Source of the DNA: Christensenellales bacterium
GTDB lineage: Bacteria > Bacillota > Clostridia > Christensenellales > SZUA-584
Direction: 5' to 3'
Assembly (NCBI GenBank): GCA_050943215.1
Contig: JBMNOU010000002.1
Location: 4,212 to 68,211, forward strand
DNA: 64,000 bases
Below the pieces are notes generated by a model that had not been told where the DNA came from, ran no database searches, and saw only the letters and a program-made list of their open reading frames with translations. Positions 58,406 to 64,000 of this stretch are shown in pieces. Position 1 is the stretch's first letter; each line of letters begins with the position of its first letter. Position numbers and translations under genes: made by a program.

Positions 58406-59229
58406 ATGCTATGACGATGGACAGAATCAATCAGGCCTATGCATTTTTAAGCAGCAAAATCGGTCAAAGTCCAAAGATTTGCGTCGTACTGGGCAGCGGA
58501 CTTGGCGGATACGCCGATACAATCTCAAAACCGGTATCGGTCGCATACAAGGACATACCCGGATTTCCAGTATCGACGGTAAAAGGACATGCGGGGCAGC
58601 TGATCTTCGGGCAGCAGTTTGGAGTGAACATCGTCTGCATGCAGGGCCGATTTCATTGCTACGAGGGTTATACTCCGGACGAGACAGTTATTCCTTTGCG
58701 CGCGCTCATTAAGCTCGGAGTTAAAACGTTGCTGATCACCAACGCAGCAGGCGGCATCAATACAACGTATAGGCCGGGTGATATAATGATCATAAAAGAT
58801 CATATCAACTTCACATTTTTAAATCCTCTTGCCGGTCCGAATATGAGCGAATTTGGCCCACGGTTTCCCGATATGACTTATGCGTATGAAAAAAAGCTTA
58901 TCGATGCGCTGAAAGAAGCGGCTAAAGAAGACGATATAGAGGTCCGTACGGGTGTTTACGCTATGATGAAAGGGCCCTCGTTTGAGACGCCGGCCGAAAT
59001 CAAAGCACTCCGCCTGCTTGGCGCAGACGCGGTGGGTATGTCATCCGTACCCGAAATTATTGCCGCAGCTCACGCGGGTGTATCCTCCGCTGCACTCTCG
59101 TGCATTACAAATATGGCAGCGGGCATACTTGATCAGCCATTAACGCACAAAGAGGTCATGGAAACGGGTGAAATTGCTGCAGGCAAAATCAAAACTATTA
59201 TTGACGGTTTTATTAAAAAAACGATATAA
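58402..59229 (+). CDS. punA: Purine nucleoside phosphorylase (trimeric PNP/PunA type)
   Basis: LGSGLG...GHAGQLIFG...MQGRFHCYEGY...GPSFETPAE...VGMS matches the PunA type. Confidence 0.92.
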   Translation: MNAMTMDRINQAYAFLSSKIGQSPKICVVLGSGLGGYADTISKPVSVAYKDIPGFPVSTVKGHAGQLIFGQQFGVNIVCMQGRFHCYEGYTPDETVIPLRALIKLGVKTLLITNAAGGINTTYRPGDIMIIKDHINFTFLNPLAGPNMSEFGPRFPDMTYAYEKKLIDALKEAAKEDDIEVRTGVYAMMKGPSFETPAEIKALRLLGADAVGMSSVPEIIAAAHAGVSSAALSCITNMAAGILDQPLTHKEVMETGEIAAGKIKTIIDGFIKKTI

Positions 59230-59322
59230 GAAAATGAGTCCAACGGCTTTTTCTTTTCTCTCTTTGCAGAATATATCATCTTTATACGGGAGAAACTAAC
59301 AAAAACAATAAAGGGCGGACCG

Positions 59323-60465
59323 GTGATGAAAAAAATAATTGTTTTGTTGGTTTTATTGATAATATTCGTATTCCCAAACGCCGCATTTGCAGAAGGGGAG
59401 GCAAGCCAGGCAAAAAGCTATATCCTTATCGATGCAGGGTCGGGAAATGTACTTAAGGAACAGAATGCCGATGAACAGCGTGACTGTGCCAGCTTGGTTA
59501 AGGTGATGTCACTGCTGCTCTTTTTTGAGTCAGAACAAAATGGAAGGGTTTCTTTGACAGATACGGTGACAATTAGCCAGCATGCGGCATCGATGGGTGG
59601 TACGCAGGTGTTTTTGGACGTCAATACAACGCATACTATCGGGGATCTGCTAAAGGCTGTTATCGTTTGTAGTGCTAATGATGCGGCTGCCGCTTTGGCC
59701 GAGAAGATAGCGGGCAGCGAAGAAGCGTTTGTAGAAATGATGAATAAAAAAGCAAATGTACTTGGTATCGGAGCGAAATTTGTCAACTCAACGGGGCTGA
59801 GTGCTGAGGGGCAGACGATGAGCGCCCGTGACGTGGCAACCGTTTGTCGAGAGCTTGTAAAGTATGACCAGCTATATAATTGGAGTAGGATCTGGATGGA
59901 TAACTATGTTCATCCGGATGGCAGAGAAACCGAAATGGTCAACACAAACCGTCTTGTAAAGTACTATGATGGGTGCGATGGTATATGCACGGGTTCTTCG
60001 CCTACTGCGGGGTATTGTTTAGCCGCCACTGTCAGCAGAAGCGGCGGGAGGTTCATCTACGTATCATTGGGTTCTCCAAACAGCAGCGCAAGGTTTGACG
60101 AGGCGGGAAATGCGTTTGATTATGCTTATGCCGGATTCACCGCCAAGACAATTGTCCGGGAAGGGCAGCAGCTTGCTGAAAATCTTGAAGTTATTGGGGG
60201 TACAAAGTCGTATGTCAGCGTATATGCGGGCAAGAGTTTCTCAGCTTTGATTGAAAAAGGAAAAGAAAATTTTCTCGAGAAAGAGCTTGTGCTGCTAGAA
60301 AATGTTACCGCGCCGCTTGAGGAAGGCGCTGTGATTGGATATCTGCGCATTATATTTGACGGAAAAGAGATCGGCCGAGTGGATGCAGTGGTAAAGCAAA
60401 AGATAGAGGTGCTTAATTTCAGTAATTCGCTGAAACGTATATTAACCTGGTGGCTTTTCGCATAA
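59323..60465 (+). CDS. D-alanyl-D-alanine carboxypeptidase family protein (S11, DacB-like) with an atypical third box
   Basis: It has a signal peptide, SxxK (SLVK) and SxN (SAN). CTG occupies the position where KTG is expected (see finding). Confidence 0.8.
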   Translation: MMKKIIVLLVLLIIFVFPNAAFAEGEASQAKSYILIDAGSGNVLKEQNADEQRDCASLVKVMSLLLFFESEQNGRVSLTDTVTISQHAASMGGTQVFLDVNTTHTIGDLLKAVIVCSANDAAAALAEKIAGSEEAFVEMMNKKANVLGIGAKFVNSTGLSAEGQTMSARDVATVCRELVKYDQLYNWSRIWMDNYVHPDGRETEMVNTNRLVKYYDGCDGICTGSSPTAGYCLAATVSRSGGRFIYVSLGSPNSSARFDEAGNAFDYAYAGFTAKTIVREGQQLAENLEVIGGTKSYVSVYAGKSFSALIEKGKENFLEKELVLLENVTAPLEEGAVIGYLRIIFDGKEIGRVDAVVKQKIEVLNFSNSLKRILTWWLFA

Positions 60466-60469
60466 GCCG

Positions 60470-60499
60470 TTGACACGATATAGATACCTCCTGTAAAAT
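60470..60499 (+). promoter_or_regulatory. Candidate surE promoter (TTGACA-N18-TAAAAT)
   Basis: TTGACA is at 60470-60475 and TAAAAT at 60494-60499. Confidence 0.5.
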
Positions 60500-60515
60500 A
60501 AAATGGGAGGTAGAT

Positions 60516-61292
60516 ATGCGGATATTAGTTGTTAACGATGATGGCATACATGCAAAAGGTATTAAGGCGATTGCGGCGCGGTTGGCTCAGAATCACGATG
60601 TGACGGTTGTTTCACCCGAATCTGAAAAAAGTGCGACGTCCCACTCAATCACCATAAACAGGCCGCTAAGGGTGTCAAAAGCAGAGCCTTCCGGACTCGA
60701 AGGGATTCCATGCTATGTTATAGACGGGTTGCCCGTTGACTGTACAAAGATCGGTATCTCGCATATTATGAAATCCGAAGTCGATCTGGTGGTCTCGGGC
60801 ATCAATCATGGGTTTAACATGGGCTCGGATATTATTTATTCAGGAACTGTTGCGGCAGCATTAGACGCGGTTATTATGGGATACCGCGCTTTGGCCGTTT
60901 CCATCGCATCTTATTGGCCTAAGAATCTTGACTGTGCGGCTGATATTGCAGCGGAATTAATCGACGGCGGCTTGTTTGACGAAAAAGCGTGCGGTGTATT
61001 ATACAATCTGAATGTACCAGATCTGCCTTTAAAAGAAATTAAAGGATTGAAGGTAACTTGCCAGGGGCGAACAGCTTATAAAGATGCTGCGGAAGTAAGA
61101 AAAGACCCAAGAGGCAACGAATATATCTGGATGAAGGGCGATCTTATTGAAGACCAGATAGAAGAGGATACGGATATTAGCTTTGTCAAAAACGGATATG
61201 CATCGATCACACCTATCAAATACGATTTAACCGACAGGGATCGGATAAAGAACTTAAATTGCAAGATAGAAAAAATAAAATTGCACACATAA
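60516..61292 (+). CDS. surE: 5'/3'-nucleotidase SurE
   Basis: MRILVVNDDGIHAKGI...SGINHG...YSGTVAAA matches SurE. Confidence 0.93.
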   Translation: MRILVVNDDGIHAKGIKAIAARLAQNHDVTVVSPESEKSATSHSITINRPLRVSKAEPSGLEGIPCYVIDGLPVDCTKIGISHIMKSEVDLVVSGINHGFNMGSDIIYSGTVAAALDAVIMGYRALAVSIASYWPKNLDCAADIAAELIDGGLFDEKACGVLYNLNVPDLPLKEIKGLKVTCQGRTAYKDAAEVRKDPRGNEYIWMKGDLIEDQIEEDTDISFVKNGYASITPIKYDLTDRDRIKNLNCKIEKIKLHT

Positions 61293-61343
61293 ACAAATAT
61301 GATACAATTATATCGTTGGATTGCAAAAATAGGGGGGAACCGT

Positions 61344-62210
61344 ATGCAAGGTAACGATATTATTAAAATCATCAAAGAACAACAAAGCACGATGAGCAAA
61401 GGCCATAAGGCAATTGCTTCATATATTATCGATCATTACGAAACAGCAGCTTTTATTACAGCCTCGAAGCTTGGGGACAAGGTTGGCGTTAGCGAGTCAA
61501 CCGTTGTCCGTTTTGCATGTGCTGTAGGGTTTGACGGATATCCCGAACTGCAAAAAAACCTGCAGGAACTGATTAAAACAAAGCTGACTAATGTTCAAAG
61601 GATGGGGCTTAGGTCTGGTATGGCCGAAGAGGATCTCATCCGTTCCGCATTGCGCACAGATATTACTAGCCTGCGTCATATCAGAGAGGTTCTCGACTAC
61701 CAAATGGTTGAGAAAGTTGCAGATACCATTTTGGATGCACAAAATGTTTATATTATGGGTCTTCGGTCTAGCGCACCACTCGCAGAGTTTTTCTGGTATT
61801 ACTTAAACTATATCATCGATAACGCCAGCCTTGTGGTTTCGGGCATAGGCGATGTTTTCGGACAACTGATGCATGCTAAAAAAGGAGACCTTGTTATCGG
61901 TATTAGTTTCCCGAGATATACGTCAAGAACTGTAGATGGTGCGGTATTCGCGAAGAACAACGGCGCAAAGATCATCGCGATTACGGATAACGATAAGTCG
62001 CCGCTCGCAAAAATATCCGACAGCTGCCTGTTCGTTAACTCGGATATGAACTTATTTGTCGATTCTCTGGTGGCTCCGCTTAGCGTTATCAATACGATAA
62101 TTCTACTGGTAGGGATGAGAAAAAAGGACGGACTCAAGCATAATTTTGAGATGCTGGAAGATCTATGGCGTAAGCACGAGGTTTACACGATTAAGGAAGA
62201 GACTGAATGA
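61344..62210 (+). CDS. MurR/RpiR-family transcriptional regulator (HTH plus SIS domains)
   Basis: The HTH_6 region SKLGDKVGVSESTVVRFA and a C-terminal SIS fold are present. AGGGGGG lies upstream of the ATG at 61344. Confidence 0.85.
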   Translation: MQGNDIIKIIKEQQSTMSKGHKAIASYIIDHYETAAFITASKLGDKVGVSESTVVRFACAVGFDGYPELQKNLQELIKTKLTNVQRMGLRSGMAEEDLIRSALRTDITSLRHIREVLDYQMVEKVADTILDAQNVYIMGLRSSAPLAEFFWYYLNYIIDNASLVVSGIGDVFGQLMHAKKGDLVIGISFPRYTSRTVDGAVFAKNNGAKIIAITDNDKSPLAKISDSCLFVNSDMNLFVDSLVAPLSVINTIILLVGMRKKDGLKHNFEMLEDLWRKHEVYTIKEETE

Positions 62211-63418
62211 AGAGCGTATGCGTTGTGGGCGGCGGGCCTGCGGGCATGATGGCAGCCTATGCCGCCGCTGCGAAAGGACATAGCGTCAGACTATTTGAAA
62301 AAAACGGAAAGCTAGGAAAAAAACTGTATATTACAGGAAAAGGCCGATGCAACATAACAAATGCCGCGCCCATAGAGGATTTCTTTGATAAAGTAGTAAC
62401 GAACAATACTTTTCTATACAGTTCTTTTTATACATTTGGCAATACGGATCTAACAAATATGATGTCGCAATTTGGGCTTAAAATAAAAACCGAGCGTGGC
62501 GGGAGGGTCTTCCCAGTATCTGACAAGTCAAGCGATGTCATCAAAACGCTTGAAAAGGCCTTGAAAAAGTCAGGTGCCGAATATTCCCTTAATGCAACAG
62601 TTCAGAATATCCTCGTCAAAGACGGATGTGCTACAGGCATTACCTGTGCCGGCAAACCGCTATTATTTGACAGCATGATTATTGCAACAGGAGGACTGTC
62701 TTATCCTTCTACAGGGTCTACCGGAGACGGATATACGTTTGCTCAGCACGCAGGTCATACAATCGTACAGCCAAGCGCTTCGCTTGTTGCCGTTGACACC
62801 ATAGAAGATTTAAGTGCTTTGGCAGGGCTGACGCTTAAAAACATCGGGTTTTCATTGATGCATAAAGGCAAGGCTATATTCAGCAGCCAGGGAGAGATGC
62901 TATTTACGCATACGGGTATTTCGGGGCCGTTAGTACTCTCGGCCAGCGCTTATATAAAGGACGGTAAGCACTATGAAGTTGTTATCGATTTAAAGCCTGC
63001 GCTCGATTTCCAGATGCTTGACGCGCGACTTCTAAGAGATATGGAAAACAAATCAAATAAGCACTTTTCCAATGTGCTAAGCGGATTGCTTCCTTCGAAT
63101 ATGATTGATTTTATTGCCGGATATGCTGGTATTAGCATCGAAAAAAAAGCGCATTCAATTACAAAGCAGGAAAGAAAGGGGCTTGTAAAAACACTGAAAT
63201 CACTTCGTTTGAGTATCAAGGGGAAAAGGCCAATCGAAGAGGCAGTGATCACTAGGGGTGGGGTGAATGTCAAAGAGATTGATGCATCAACAATGCAAAG
63301 TAAGATATGTAAAGGTTTATTTTTTGCAGGCGAGGTCATCGATGTGGACGCGCTGACAGGTGGATACAATCTGCAGATTGCATTTTCTACAGGATATCTT
63401 GCGGGTATCAGCTGTTGA
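62207..63418 (+). CDS. HI0933/BaiN-like FAD-dependent oxidoreductase
   Basis: The dinucleotide-binding motif VVGGGPAGMMAA and the C-terminal LFFAGEVIDVDALTGGYNLQIAFSTG are present. Confidence 0.85.
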   Translation: MKSVCVVGGGPAGMMAAYAAAAKGHSVRLFEKNGKLGKKLYITGKGRCNITNAAPIEDFFDKVVTNNTFLYSSFYTFGNTDLTNMMSQFGLKIKTERGGRVFPVSDKSSDVIKTLEKALKKSGAEYSLNATVQNILVKDGCATGITCAGKPLLFDSMIIATGGLSYPSTGSTGDGYTFAQHAGHTIVQPSASLVAVDTIEDLSALAGLTLKNIGFSLMHKGKAIFSSQGEMLFTHTGISGPLVLSASAYIKDGKHYEVVIDLKPALDFQMLDARLLRDMENKSNKHFSNVLSGLLPSNMIDFIAGYAGISIEKKAHSITKQERKGLVKTLKSLRLSIKGKRPIEEAVITRGGVNVKEIDASTMQSKICKGLFFAGEVIDVDALTGGYNLQIAFSTGYLAGISC

Positions 63419-63443
63419 CAAAGCCGACAATATGTGGTATGAT
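63415..63443 (+). promoter_or_regulatory. infC operon promoter (TTGACA-N17-TGgTATGAT)
   Basis: A consensus -35 overlaps the stop codon of the upstream gene. The extended -10 is at 63435-63443. Confidence 0.7.
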
Positions 63444-63449
63444 CCTTAT

Positions 63450-63547
63450 GCTTAAAAGAAGAGACTGCCCGTTTCTCACCTGCCGGCATTGCTAGGTATG
63501 GTAAGCATATATTGAGTTATAAAACGGGTAGTGGCCCGTTTTTTTAT
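63450..63547 (+). promoter_or_regulatory. L20-leader-like transcription attenuator upstream of infC
   Basis: ATGCTTA (63448-63454) pairs over a long range with TAAGCAT (63502-63508). The terminator is AAAACGGG-TAGTGG-CCCGTTTTTTT (63521-63547). A duplicate CCCGTTT at 63468-63474 can compete for the AAACGGG arm. Confidence 0.6.
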
Positions 63548-63586
63548 TGTGTAAAATGTTTGCAAAGAATAATGGAGGTGTTTACC

Positions 63587-64000
63587 ATAGCAAACGAGCA
63601 TCAGATTAACGAGCAGATTCGGGACAGAAGCATCCGTGTTATTTCGGATGACGGCCAGCAGTTGGGCGTAATGTCTGCCCGGGAGGCGATGAATATTGCT
63701 GATGAGAGGGGTATGGATCTTGTAAAAGTTTCACCCAATGCGAAGCCGCCTGTATGCAAGATCATGGATTACGGAAAATTCAGATTTGAGCAGGCAAAAA
63801 AACAAAAAGAAGCAAAAAAGAACCAGAAGATCATTGTATTAAAAGAAATGCGGCTGTCGGCTACAATCGATAAACACGACCTTGAAGTCAAGGCGAAAAA
63901 TGTAAGCAAATTTTTAAAGTCGGGCGATAAAGTAAAGGTTTCGATTCGCTTTAGAGGCAGACAGATGACGCATACAGAACAGGGACGTCAGGTGATGGAC
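63587..64000 (+). CDS. infC: Translation initiation factor IF-3, N-terminal 138 codons (3' end outside the window), non-canonical ATA start
   Basis: The frame reads INEQIRDRSIRVISDDGQQLGV...NAKPPVCKIMDYGKFRFEQAKKQKEAKKNQK...IRFRGRQMTH. GGAGGTG lies 6 nt upstream of the ATA at 63587. No ATG, GTG or TTG is available in frame. Confidence 0.9.
   Translation, partial: MANEHQINEQIRDRSIRVISDDGQQLGVMSAREAMNIADERGMDLVKVSPNAKPPVCKIMDYGKFRFEQAKKQKEAKKNQKIIVLKEMRLSATIDKHDLEVKAKNVSKFLKSGDKVKVSIRFRGRQMTHTEQGRQVMD

Noticed and set aside
60485-60512. A possible anti-SD hairpin (TACCTCC ... GGGAGGTA) that would sequester the surE ribosome-binding site.
   Set aside because: The TACCTCC arm lies inside the spacer of the candidate surE promoter, upstream of the likely transcription start. 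It would be present only in read-through RNA from the PBP gene. A 7-bp stem with a 14-nt loop is also weak.

Overview
This is a chromosomal window from a low-to-mid GC, spore-forming Firmicute of the class Clostridia. spoVS, ylbJ, GerMN lipoproteins, T-box and L20-leader type regulation, and TTG/GTG starts preceded by GGAGG Shine-Dalgarno sites all point that way. Most of the window is densely packed core housekeeping DNA. In order it carries a GH94 fragment and ygiQ. Next come an OmpR-type two-component pair with two GerMN lipoproteins, then asnB, comEC-holA and rpsT. A speD-speA-speE-speB polyamine operon lies on the minus strand. It is followed by a GntR-ABC module, an M14 peptidase, copA and a PaaK-IorAB-PaaK-ACT aryl-acid module. 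Then come alr, rsmD-coaD, ylbJ, tmcAL and pta-ackA. A T-box leader precedes hisS-aspS, followed by tcdA, trxA, spoVS, smc-ftsY and ylxM-ffh-rpsP-KH-rimM-trmD. The window ends with deoB-punA, a DacB-like PBP, surE, an RpiR regulator, a flavoprotein and the 5' part of infC behind an L20-type attenuator. I saw no rRNA or tRNA genes, CRISPR arrays, transposases, integrases or phage genes. The only accessory-looking DNA is at roughly 14.3-19.0 kb and 23.2-26.1 kb. The first stretch holds tandem zinc-ribbon membrane paralogs and an LTD / VTC / DUF4956 cassette. The second holds a GntR-ABC module and a decayed GGDEF gene. The best candidate for an uncharacterised system is the LTD-VTC-DUF4956 cassette. 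It looks like a polyphosphate-polymerase-like membrane module, lacks the usual CotH partner, and its VTC protein has a polybasic N-terminal tail. This is a candidate, not a demonstrated novelty. All calls come from reading the ORF translations and the DNA by eye; no database search was run.
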